Below, one piece after another: positions 20,349-30,951 of a stretch of 64,000 nucleotides of DNA. The notes below the pieces were generated by a model. That model was given only the letters and a program-made list of their open reading frames with translations, did not search any database and was not told the origin of the DNA. Source of the DNA: an uncultured Chloroflexia bacterium (lineage in GTDB: Bacteria > Chloroflexota > Anaerolineae > B4-G1 > SLSP01); assembly GCA_963751345.1 (NCBI GenBank), contig CAVVUS010000013.1, positions 64,001-128,000 on the forward strand. The letters run 5' to 3'. Numbering within the stretch: the first letter of the stretch is position 1; the number at the start of each line of letters is the position of its first letter. The position numbers and the translations under genes are program-made.

Positions 20349-22847
20349 ATGGACGACTCACAGCCACGCAGGCGCGGCAGCGCCCAGAGCCATCGGAAGG
20401 GGCCCGGACGTTCTCCTGCGTTGGGCGCTCAGGCCGCGATCCTTGTGCTGATGCTCGGCTTCTTCGCCCAATTGACCTTCGGGTCGCTGGCCCTATCGCT
20501 GACCTCGGACGAACCCCCGCACGTGGCGCATGGCTACATCATGCTCACCACGGGCGACACCTGGGCGCTGAGCGAACACCGGCACCCGCCGCTGCTGAAC
20601 ATGCTGGCAGCCCTGCCGCTGCTGCTCCAGCCCGAGCACCCCGACCCGGCGACGGTGCCGGGGTGGCACCAGGATTTCGTGGTCTTCGTGCGCAACCTGT
20701 GGCCGCTGCTGGGACCCGTCGACCGCCAGGCCTTCGTGACCCGCGTCCCCACGATGCTGCTGAGCGTTGCGCTGATGGCGCTGGTGGCCCGGTGGGCGCG
20801 GGAGGCGTTTGGCCGGACCGGCGCGCTCGCTGCCGTCGCGGTGATGGTCTTCGACCCGGCGATAGTGGCCCACGGCCAACTCGCCACGACGGACCTCGGC
20901 GTGGCACTCTTCACCTTTGCTGCGGTCTACCTGGTGACGCAGGGAAGGCGGTCCACGGCCCGGATCCTCGGCGCGGGTGCAGCGCTGGGCGCCGCGCTGG
21001 CATCCAAGGGCTCGGGCGTGTTGCTGGTGCCGGTGATCTTCGCGCTGTTGGCGTGGCGCTGGGCTACCCAAGACGGCGAACCGCTTGAGCGCCGTGAAGG
21101 CATTGCAGGGTTGGGCACGCGACTGCGGTCTGGTCCTGCTCGTGAGCTTCGCCGTGCTCTGGGCGACGTACGGCTTCCGGCTGGAGCCCTCACCGTGGGG
21201 AAACCTGCGACTGCCGCTGGTGGCACACGCGAAAATGGTGGGCCTCATCCTCAGCGAGAAACAGCGGACGGCCTTCCTCCTGGGTGAGGTGCGCCAGGGC
21301 GGGTGGTGGTGGTATTTCCCCTTCGCCCTCGCCGTCAAGACGCCGCTGCCGCTGCTGGCACTCTTTGTCGGCGCCGGGGTCGCGTGGCTGGCGCGCCCAC
21401 GCCGCCTGCTGGCGATGCCGGGCCTGTGGCTCTACCCGCTCGTCCACTTTGGCACCTCGGCGCTCAGCGGGATGAACATCGGCTACCGCCACCTGCTGCC
21501 CATCTTCCCCTTCGGTTACGTCGCCATCGCCGCCTTGGTGGGGCAAGTGATGGACGGAATCCGCTGGACCGCGGGCGTCTCGCCCGCATCCGCGCCGCGC
21601 AGGCGAGCGCCGCACGGCGGCGGCATGCGGCGCCTCGTTGCGCGGCGCGGAGCGGGCGAGACGCCCGCGGTCCGAGCCGCGGCTTGCGGTCCTCGCGGTC
21701 ATCGCCCTGATCTCGTGGCAGGCCGTCGAGACGGCGACGGTCTTTCCGTTCGGCCTCGCCTACTTCAACGAACTCGTGGGCGGCCCGCGCGAGGGCTATC
21801 GCTCCCTGGTCGACTCCAACGTGGATTGGGGGCAATCATTCAAGGCGCTGGCAACGTGGATGCGCGGGGAGGGCATCGACCATGTGAGCTTGAGCTACTA
21901 CACGTGGATCGATCCGGCGGCCTACGGCATCGACTACACCCCGCTGCCGCCGGCGGGCGGTGGATCCGCCACCTTCCCCCGGCGATTCGACCCGGCACCC
22001 GGCGTCTACGCGATCAGTGCCACGCCGCTGGAGGGCGTTATGGTCGCCAACCCGGACCTCTACGCGTGGTTTCGGCAGCGGGAGCCCATCGCGCAGCCCG
22101 GGTATGGGCTGCTGGTCTATGACGTGGCACCGAGCGCGACCGAGCCCACGTGGGTGGCGCAGTGTACACAGCCGGTCGCGCCGCTGACGCAGCAGGTGCT
22201 CGCGGAGGGCTTCGGGCGGACCGGCCTGCGCGAGATCGGCTTTGACTGCACCGGCGGTTGGATCCAGCCCACCGGCGGGAGCGAGGCAGGGTGGTACGTG
22301 GTTCACGGTGCCGTCACAGGGGATAGCTTTGTGTCACAGCACCTCGCCGGTAGCGGCGCGACCCTCAGCTACCGGCAGCGGGAGCCGGGGCTGCTGCCGC
22401 CGTTTGACATCTACGCGCAGCCTGCGACGATGGGGCAGCCCGAGGTCGTGCTGCCGGCCCCGATCCCGTTCGGGCCGGTGACCCTCCTGGGGTACACGTT
22501 GGCGTCGCCGGCCGTGGCGCCCGGTGAGACGCTCGACGTCGAGACGTGGTGGCAGGTGAACGAGGTGCCCGATCGACCGCTCTCCCTGATGCTTCACCTT
22601 GGCGCCCCCGGGGATGGCGCCGATCGCCGTCGGCGACGGCCTTGCAGTGCCTGCCGAGATGTGGCGCGCGGGCGACGTCATCATCCAACGCCACGTGCTG
22701 CAGATCCCACCGGGCGTCGCGCCCGGCGACGCCACGATGACGGCAGGCGTCTATTGGCTCGACTCCCTGGAGCGATGGCCGGTCACCGGCGGGCCGCAGC
22801 TCGGTGCGACGGAGGTCGGGCTGGCAAATGTCACGATAGGGCGGTGA
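20349..22847 (+). CDS. GT-C (ArnT-like) glycosyltransferase, paralog B; frameshifted
   Basis: TSDEPPH, HPPL, TTDLG, WWWYFPFALAVKTP, NIGYRHLLP, DSNVDWGQ, C-terminal Ig-like domain. Confidence 0.85.
21566..21673. repeat. REPIN-like element with 22-bp inverted arms inside CDS
   Basis: GGACCGCGGGCGTCTCGCCCGC ... GCGGGCGAGACGCCCGCGGTCC; same family as 18908-18977. Confidence 0.85.
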
Positions 22848-22929
22848 GGGCTGGCTGAACCGGCGCGCATACCCGGACACCAAAGATGGCGTCCCGTCGA
22901 GGGTCTACGGCGACAGGAGGCCCGTGTGA

Positions 22930-24601
22930 TTGTATGGCACGTCGATTGCCGGCCTCGTCCTATGCCAAACACAAGCCGTGAAATCCGTGCAATCGGCTGA
23001 ATCCGTGATTCAGACACCCTTGCGAAGGTTTCCGCACCTTCGCAAGGGTCACTTGCACCGCCTGGCCATCGTCGCCATCCTGCTGCTGGCAGCGGCGCTG
23101 CGCTTCATCGGTCTGGAGCGCACGCCGCCTCCCTTCAACGTCGACGAGGCACTCCACGCCTACGAGGCCTACGCCATCCTGCGCACGGGGCACGACGAGT
23201 GGGGCCAGCCCTGGCCGATCACCTTCCGCGCCTTCAACGACTACCGGCGCCCCGCCACCATCTACAGCGCCGTGCCTTTCGTTGCCATCTACGGCCTGAC
23301 GATCACGGCCATCCGTTCGATGGCGGCATTCTGGGGATGGCTCTCGATCGTGCTGGTATATCGCCTGGCAAGCGATCTCTTCGACCGCCGCGTTGGGGTA
23401 GCGGCGGCGCTGATGCTCACGCTCTCCTCGTGGCACGTCGGCTTCTCGAGGCTTGGCGTCGAGGCCTCCGGGCCGCTGCTGCCTACCATCATCGGCGGCC
23501 TGGTCCTGGCGTGGCGGTGGTATAGAACACGCCGTCCCGTGCTCTTGCTGGGCGCCGGACTGGTCTTCGGTCTATCGCTCTACACCTATACGGTCGCGCA
23601 GGCCCTCACCCCGCTGCTGGTGGTAGCGATTGGCTTGATCTTCTTCAGCGCCCTCCGGAAGAGCCCACAATGGGGCGCAGCCGCCATCGCGGTCGTCGTC
23701 GTGGTCGCCGTCCCGCTGGCGGTCGCCATCGTCACCAACCCCGTGACCTGGAACCGGCTCAACGCCATTTCCGTTATGGCCGACCCCCAGGCGAACGGCG
23801 GCTGGTTGGCGGTGCGGCAGTGGCTGGGCCACTTCTCGCCGCAGTACCTCTTCCTGACCGGGGATGCCTCGCCGATCCACCATATTCAGGGTTACGGTCA
23901 GCTCTATTGGATCGAGGCGCTGCTGGTGCCGCTGGGGCTGGTGAACGCTTTCCGCGCGCGGCGCGATCGTCGGGCCGGATTGCTGCTGTTGGCGTGGCTC
24001 GCCGTGAGCGCGGTGCCGCCCGCCCTGACGCGCCAGGATATGGGGTCGCCGAACTCGATGCGGGGCATCGCCGGCGTGGGCGCGTGGGCCGTGCTGTCGG
24101 GCTTGGGGCTGGCCCTGGTGGTGCAGCGGCCTTGGCGACACGTGCGGCTTCGCGCCGTCCTGTCGGGACTCGTTGTGGGAACGCTGTTGTGGAACGCGGG
24201 GATGGTGCTGCACGCCTATTTCACGGTCTACCCGATCCAGTCCGCACGCGCCTATGAATACGGCATCCGCGAGGCGATGGACTACGTGATGGCGCACGAG
24301 GACGAAGTCGACACGATCGTCCTCACCGACTGGATCAGCCAGCCGCACATCTTCGCCGTCTTCTTCGAACGCTACGATCCGGCTGCCTTCCAGGCAACTC
24401 ACGCGCCCTACGGTGACAGGCTCTCGGAGAAACTCACGGCGTGGGGCGACAAGTACAGGACGGGCAACGCCGAGGAGCTCTACGAGGAGCTCGACCACGG
24501 TCTCTTCGTCGTGCGGCCTCACATGCTCACGGACGTCATACCCGAACGTGGTCATCCTCCATCCGGACGGCACGCCGGCGTTCAAGGTGATTCGCAAGTA
24601 G
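22930..24601 (+). CDS. GT-C (ArnT/GT83-like) glycosyltransferase; start uncertain, C-terminal frameshift
   Basis: ALRFIGL..PPPFNVDEA, TGHDEWG, WHVGFSRLG, HFSPQYLFLTGD, PNSMRG. Confidence 0.85.
22976..23049. repeat. AATCCGTG-type repeat followed by ACCCTTGCGAAGGT palindrome
   Basis: CCGTGAAATCCGTGCAATC...AATCCGTGATTCAGACA also at 35160-35215; palindrome 23016-23049 matches 6004-6038. Confidence 0.7.
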
Positions 24602-24792
24602 ACGACGGCCGTTACCTTCTGGGCTGCTATGCGGTGATGCCCACGCCCTAAGGTCACACCTGGGCAACCCGGAAGGTCCCGCGCCGGGTAGGCAGTCGCG
24701 ATCGAGGCCCTTCGCTAGTATGCCCATGGCCTTCAGGTATAATGTCGCCAAGGGGGCACGCCCCCAAACACCTTGACGGAGGATCACCACCC

Positions 24793-26058
24793 ATGCACAG
24801 GAGCGTAGTCTCAGCTATCCTCATAGCTCTGCTCACGATCATCGCCCTTTCGGCCGGCGGCACGACACTGGCCCAGCCGGTCGACGGCCCAGCCACCATG
24901 ATCGACCCGGATCCCGGTACCAACGGCGGCGTCGCCATCCACTCGACCGGCGCCACGAATCTGCTCACCAACGGCGATATGGACCAGCTCGGCTTCTACT
25001 TCAGGCCAAAGAACCACTACGTCGCCGGGATGTGGTTCGAGTGGTGGGCGGATTACACCGCCATCCCCGAGTACATCGACGGCGGCATCTCGTACCACAA
25101 CCAGTGCTATCCGGTGCCGGTGGATGGCCACTGTCACAACAGCACCGTGGGCGCGCCCAACAATAGCTCGCAGGGCTACATCCGCTGGGGAGGCCTGTTC
25201 GCCGCGGGTATCTACCAGCCGGTGCACAACGTGATACCGTGCACGCTCTACACTTTCGAGATCTACAACCGCAACGACACGGCAAACTACCACGCCAAGG
25301 TCGCCATCGACCGGGCCGGTTGGATCATCACCCAGCCCAGCGGCAATCCTCTGGAGAACTGCCCTCCCGATGGCGCCTCTCCCTGTCCCGATCCCTACGT
25401 GGCAAGCTTCCCGAGTACCACGGTATGGTCTGCCGAGTCCCACCAGCCCGCGCTGACCTGGGCGCCCATCAGCGTGACGGCGGAGGCTGCCGCCACGACC
25501 ATTTCGGTTTGGACCTACGCCCGTCCCGACTCCGGCCCCTCGCAGTCGGCCTACTGGGACTACGGGTCGCTCGTCCAGACGCCATTCCCTGATGCCACGC
25601 TCCCTGCGCCGGCCTCGTGGTATCCGTCGGACTTCATCTCCAACGTCACGACCCAGGTGAACGGCAACAGTGTCACCATCAACTGGGAGACGGGTGCCGC
25701 CGCCCCTACCCAGGTCTGGTACGCCATCTACGAGCCGGCGGCTGTGGTAACGCCCACCGAGTCGATGACCTACACGACTTACCTCCCGATAGTGGCCGCC
25801 TTCCGTCCCCCTACCCCGACCTACATGACACCGATCGACATCACGTCGACGTCGACGCAGCACCAGGTGGTCATCTCCGGACTGCCCACCGACAAAGCGA
25901 TCGTCTTTGCCATCCTCTCACGGCGGCCGGACGGCACGACGTGCGACACGGTGGCCGGTGATCTGATCCAACTGACGCTCTCCACAAACGAGATGATGAC
26001 CCTCCAGTCCTCCAAGGCCGCGACACTGCTCCCGGGTCCTGTCGTGCCGGAGCCCTAG
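24793..26058 (+). CDS. Secreted protein: CBM-like domain + FN3-like domain with YLPxV motif
   Basis: Signal peptide, NLLTNGD start of a beta-sandwich, VTINWET...HQVVISGL; TATAAT at 24738 and GGAGG RBS. Confidence 0.7.
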   Translation: MHRSVVSAILIALLTIIALSAGGTTLAQPVDGPATMIDPDPGTNGGVAIHSTGATNLLTNGDMDQLGFYFRPKNHYVAGMWFEWWADYTAIPEYIDGGISYHNQCYPVPVDGHCHNSTVGAPNNSSQGYIRWGGLFAAGIYQPVHNVIPCTLYTFEIYNRNDTANYHAKVAIDRAGWIITQPSGNPLENCPPDGASPCPDPYVASFPSTTVWSAESHQPALTWAPISVTAEAAATTISVWTYARPDSGPSQSAYWDYGSLVQTPFPDATLPAPASWYPSDFISNVTTQVNGNSVTINWETGAAAPTQVWYAIYEPAAVVTPTESMTYTTYLPIVAAFRPPTPTYMTPIDITSTSTQHQVVISGLPTDKAIVFAILSRRPDGTTCDTVAGDLIQLTLSTNEMMTLQSSKAATLLPGPVVPEP

Positions 26059-26062
26059 CCGT

Positions 26063-28538
26063 GTGATGGGGGGTCGTATCGCCACAGGACGCCTTGCCGG
26101 GGCCGGCCGGTGGCTGGCCCTGGTCGCTCTGTGGTGTTTCCTCGGCCAGGCCCTGGCGGTCGCCGGTGCGACGTCGATGACGGTCGACGAGGGGCTGCAC
26201 GTGGCCAGCGGCTACACGATCTGGCGGACCGGCGACTATCGCCTGATCGAGGAGCATCCGCCGCTGGTGAAACTGTGGCTGGCGATCCCGCTGCTACCGC
26301 TGAAGGACCTGGCTGACCCGACGACGCTCCCCGCCTGGCAGGAGGCAGCTAAACCGACGACGGAAAGCCTGCCGCTGCTTCAGATGGCGCAGCAATTGCT
26401 CTACCCCCACACGCCGGTCGACGGGTGGCTCTTCCCGGCACGGGCGATGGCCTCACTTCTCGGCGTGCTGCTGCTGGCGGCGCTCTACCGGTGGGCACGC
26501 GAGATCGCGGGCACGTCGGGTGCGCTCTTTGCCGTGGCCCTGGCCGCGTTCGATCCCAACTTGCTGGCCCACAGCGCCGTCGCGACCACGGACATGGGTG
26601 CCACAGCACTGATCCTGCTCTCACTGTGGCAGGGCACGCACTTCCTGAAGCGACCCACGTGGCGGTCCGCCCTGGTCACGGGAGCCCTTCTGGGCTTCGC
26701 GCTCGCCACCAAACTGACCGCACTGCTGCTCGGCCCGGCGCTCGGGCTGGCGGGGCTGATCGCACTGGCGGTCTCCCCGCCCAGGCGCCGCAGGCGGCTC
26801 TTCCGCGGCGGCCTCGCCGTGCTGGCGGCGTGCGCCATCGTCTTCTGGGCCATCTACGGCTTCCAAGTGGGCTTTGTGCCGGGGCTCCCCTTCCCGGTCC
26901 CCGCCGCCGCTCACGCCATCCCGATTCTGCGGCTTCTTGCCCACAGCGAGGGAGGACACCAGGCCTTCCTGCTCGGGGAGAACAGCACCTACGGCTGGCC
27001 TGCGTATTTTCCGGTCGCATTCCTGCTCAAGACACCCTATAGCCGGCCTGATCGCGATGGCCGTGGGTGTGGGCGGGCTGCTGGCCGGTGCCGTGCGACG
27101 GAGACAGCTCAGCCTCAATGGGCTTCCGGCGGTGTTGTTTGCCGCGGTCTACGTCGTCGCGTCCATCGCAAGTCCCCTCAACATCGGTTACCGCCACCTC
27201 CTGCCGCTGCTGCCGCTGGGCTACCTGGCGGCGGGCGCTGCCCTGGGCCGCCGAAGCCGGTTCCTCCGCCCGGGCTCCCGGTCGCAGGCCTTCGGCCTGC
27301 TGCCCATCCTGGCGATCGTCTGCGTCCTTGGCCAGGGGAGTGCGACGCTCAGCCGGACGCCGGACCTCATCGCCTTCTTCAATGTCGCCGGCGGCGGCGC
27401 CGATCAGGGGTGGCGCTACTTAGCGGACTCCAACACCGACTGGGGCCAGGGCTACAAGGCACTGGCGCGCTTCCAGAAAGCACAGGGGACCGGCCCGGTG
27501 AAGCTCGCTGCCTTCATCTTCTACGATCCTGCCCTCTACGGCGTCCGCTACACACCACTCCCGCCGCTCGGTGGCGACACGCCCGCACTCTTTCCGTCGC
27601 GCTTCGCGCCACAGCCCGGCGCCTACGTCATCAGCGCCACGCCGCTGGACGGGATCCCCACGGCCGACCCGGAGATGTACGACTGGTTCAGATGGCGCGA
27701 GCCCGACGCGCGTGTAGCCGGTGCGCTCTTCTATTACGACGTTACGCCGCAGGAAGTCGAGACGGCCTGGGTAGCGGAGTGTACACAGCCCATCGCACCC
27801 CTTGACAAGGAGGCCATCGAGGCGGGATTCGGCGCGCCTCCGGACCGCGTGCTGGCGTTCGACTGCACCCGCACTTGGGTCCTCCCCGGCAGTGGGCGCG
27901 ATCCTGGGGCCACCGTGGTTCACGGAGCGTTGCTGGACGACACGTTGCGAGCCCGGCTGCATCTGACCGCTCCCCAGGCGACCGAGCCCTTCCTGGCGCG
28001 GCGGCTCGGCGAGACACAGATCACCTATCGCCAGCGGGCCTATCGCTTCGACCCGGCGTTCGCCATCTTTCGATCCGACAGGGGTGCCCCTGCCCCACCG
28101 CAGGTCACGGCCCGAACGGGTCGGGCCGATGCTTCCCTGGCCGAGGTCAGCCGGTCGCGGGCCGCGTCGCTGCCGGTCGCGCTGGACGGGCCGCTGGCCT
28201 TCCTCGGCGCCAGAGCCTATCCGGAGGGCGAGACGCTGGAGGTGGAGACGTGGTGGCGCGTGACCTCCGCTCCCACGGACCGCCCCTTCTCAGTCATGGG
28301 CCACCTCCTCGCGTCAGACGGCACCTCGCTCGGCGTGGACGACGGGTTGGGCGTGGCGCCCAACGCTTTGCGGGAGGGGGACTTGCTGATCGAGGTGCAC
28401 CGGTTTGCCACACCCCAGGCAGGCTCGACCGTCTGGCTCCGCACCGGAGCCTATTGGCTGGACACGATGGCGCGCTGGCGGGTCAGCGCTCCGGATGGTG
28501 CGGACGCGATCTTCGTGGCGCTAGAGCCGGGCCGGTAG
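26063..28538 (+). CDS. GT-C (ArnT-like) glycosyltransferase, paralog C; frameshift near 27045
   Basis: TVDEGLH, EHPPL, TTDMG, YFPVAFLLKTP, NIGYRHLLP, DSNTDWGQ. Confidence 0.85.
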
Positions 28539-28590
28539 CCCATGCCCGGAGCCAACTGACAACCGGTAACTGACAACACCCAACTGTCTT

Positions 28591-29133
28591 TCACCACAGC
28601 CGCAACTGCATCCGCATCTGCAGCCCTGCCTGCTCCAGCTCCAGCAGCACGGCCTTGCGCTCGACCCCGCCGGCGTAGCCGAGAAGCGCCCCGTCCGCGC
28701 CGATGACACGGTGGCACGGCACGAAGATGGCAACGGGGTTCGCGCCGACAGCCTGCCCGACAGCCTGTGAGGCGTGGGGCGTGTTCAGGAGCGTAGCGAT
28801 GGTGCCGTAGGTGGAGGTCTCGGCGTAGCCGATCCCGCGCAGTTGCTCCCATACCCTCTGCTGAAACGGCGTGCCGCGCAGGTCCAGCGGGAGGTCGAAA
28901 GTCTCCCGGCGCCAGTTGAAGTAGGCGAAGAGTTGGGACCTGGCTTCCACGAGCAGGTCGGTGCGCGCGGGGTCGGGGGACGCGACGCCAAAGCGCGCCA
29001 TCCGGCGCAGGATCGGGTGCCCCACGCTGTCCCCAAAGCCGGCGCCGCAGAGACCCTGGTCGGTCGCCCACAGCCATACCAATCCAAGGGGCGTTTCGGT
29101 GAAGATGATGCTGGACGTTGTCAAATCGGCCAT
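28591..29133 (-). CDS. ogt: Methylated-DNA-protein-cysteine S-methyltransferase
   Basis: GTPFQQRVW, AVGQAVGANP, PCHRVI, GYAGG. Confidence 0.95.
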   Translation of the reverse strand: MADLTTSSIIFTETPLGLVWLWATDQGLCGAGFGDSVGHPILRRMARFGVASPDPARTDLLVEARSQLFAYFNWRRETFDLPLDLRGTPFQQRVWEQLRGIGYAETSTYGTIATLLNTPHASQAVGQAVGANPVAIFVPCHRVIGADGALLGYAGGVERKAVLLELEQAGLQMRMQLRLW

Positions 29134-29149
29134 GGGTCGTCTCTCCTCG

Positions 29150-30937
29150 TCAATCGCCGAACCGCGGGCTGGTGAGCCGCCAGATGTCCGCGAGGTGCTG
29201 CGCCTCGAACGCCGCCCGCTGGGGCCACGCGTCGCGGTTCAGGACCAGCAGACCATAGCGTCCGGGGGCCTCGGGGATCAGCCCATAGGGCTCCCACCCG
29301 CGGGCCAGCGACAGCGACGTGATTCGGACGGCGTCCCCGACGATCGGCGCACCATCCGGGTTGCCGGCCAGCGCAATGTCCACGTCATCCAACAACATCC
29401 CCAGCAGTACGCTGTCCCGCTGTGCCAGGGTATCCTGCCCCAGTGCCAACACGAGCTCGATGGCGACCGGCTCAGGCTCACGCGGCCTCCGAACAAAGTC
29501 GGCCACGATCCCCAGACGCTCCCCCTCGGCGGGGCTGAAGAGGATGCCCTCCAGGAAGTGCGCCGATGGATCATAGGCCAACTGGTACGCGCGCATGTCA
29601 TCCATCAGGCGAAACTCGAGGTTGAGCAGCGTCTCGCTCTCCGGTGTCACCGACGCCTCCCCAAGCCACGCCTGCCAATTGGCCTCCAACGCTGCCGTGT
29701 CGGGCAGGCCCAGCGCAGTCACCATCGCCTGCCATCGCGCCACGTCGTCCCCATCCTTCACGTCCGCAGAAGCAGCGCAGATACGCGGCAGCTCGTCCCA
29801 CCCGTACTGCGACACGATATACTGCACGACCGCGCCGGCCTCCAGATAGCCGACCTCGTGCTGATGGGTGTAGAAATCGTCGACCAGGGCGGACAGGGAC
29901 ACATAGCGCGGCGACGAGAGCAGCGCGGCTGCCTTCTCTCGCAGCGGTTCGGGCCGGTAATGCCCGCCCGCGACATAGACCGCCAGTCCCTCGCGAAACA
30001 TCGAGGGAGCCCCTTCACAGCCGATGCCCTTATCGAGCCGGTGCGTCAACTCGTGTCGCAGCACCGTGCCCAGGGACGTCGGCGAGTACTGTCGATCCAC
30101 GTAAGAGATCGCCACCCAGTCCGACGAAGCATATCCCCCCTGACCCAACACGCGGTCCAGAAGGTAGATCTCCACTGCCTCGTCTGCCGGGCCCAGGCGC
30201 GCCGAGACATCTGCGTAGGCCTGTTGTGCCTGAAGCACAATCTGGTCAAGGTCGCGCGCCGCTGCCGAGTCGGTCAGGTAATGCAGCCGGAACCCCTGCG
30301 TCTCGGTGATCGCCCATGTGGTGTCCGGCTCGGGAGGAGGAAGCGCTGCGCGCGCCAGGAGTGGGACCGTCAGCGCCAGGCGGTTGTTCTCGAGATTGTC
30401 ATCGATGACGTTCTTCGGGAGCTGGAGCGTCAACGTCAGCGCCTCAGTCGTCGCCGTCTCGGGCATCTGCGCAATCCAATAGAAGCGGGCGCGCTCCACG
30501 TTATCCAGTCCGGAAAGCTCGACGTTGGCCGTGAAATCCGTGCCATCACCCAACATCAGCGCCACGGTTGTGTCACCATCGGCACCGGCGAGCACCGGAT
30601 CCACGTCCACCGAGAGGAGGTCGCCGGCATAGAGCGGCCAGGGGAAGAGATGGAAACCGGTGGCGGTCAACTGGGGATCGGCCTCAGGTGTCGGCGTAGG
30701 CGAGGGCGACGTCGTGGGCGTGAAGGTGGCTGCGGGCCGGGGGGTAGCGGTTGCTGCAGGTACGGCCGTGGCCGGAGGCACAGTGGCGGAGGCTCTCGGC
30801 GTCGAGGTGCGCGGTGGCGCAGTCGCCGTCCGGAGCGACTCAGGCAGCGAGGGAACTCCGCAGGCGAGGCTCGACGCGAGCAACGCGCAGAGCACCAGAC
30901 TGAGAACGAGCACAGGCCGCCTGGCGAACGGTTTCAC
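29150..30937 (-). CDS. Lipoprotein with Thr/Pro linker and MA-clan metallopeptidase-like domain
   Basis: Lipobox SLAC; TP-rich linker; HELTH...FREGLAVY (HExxH + E). Confidence 0.8.
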   Translation of the reverse strand: MKPFARRPVLVLSLVLCALLASSLACGVPSLPESLRTATAPPRTSTPRASATVPPATAVPAATATPRPAATFTPTTSPSPTPTPEADPQLTATGFHLFPWPLYAGDLLSVDVDPVLAGADGDTTVALMLGDGTDFTANVELSGLDNVERARFYWIAQMPETATTEALTLTLQLPKNVIDDNLENNRLALTVPLLARAALPPPEPDTTWAITETQGFRLHYLTDSAAARDLDQIVLQAQQAYADVSARLGPADEAVEIYLLDRVLGQGGYASSDWVAISYVDRQYSPTSLGTVLRHELTHRLDKGIGCEGAPSMFREGLAVYVAGGHYRPEPLREKAAALLSSPRYVSLSALVDDFYTHQHEVGYLEAGAVVQYIVSQYGWDELPRICAASADVKDGDDVARWQAMVTALGLPDTAALEANWQAWLGEASVTPESETLLNLEFRLMDDMRAYQLAYDPSAHFLEGILFSPAEGERLGIVADFVRRPREPEPVAIELVLALGQDTLAQRDSVLLGMLLDDVDIALAGNPDGAPIVGDAVRITSLSLARGWEPYGLIPEAPGRYGLLVLNRDAWPQRAAFEAQHLADIWRLTSPRFGD

Positions 30938-30951
30938 CTGATGTCAGCCCC

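Noticed and set aside
24655-24720. Possible SRP or other small RNA
   Set aside because: Short GC hairpin only; lacks the SRP domain IV consensus.
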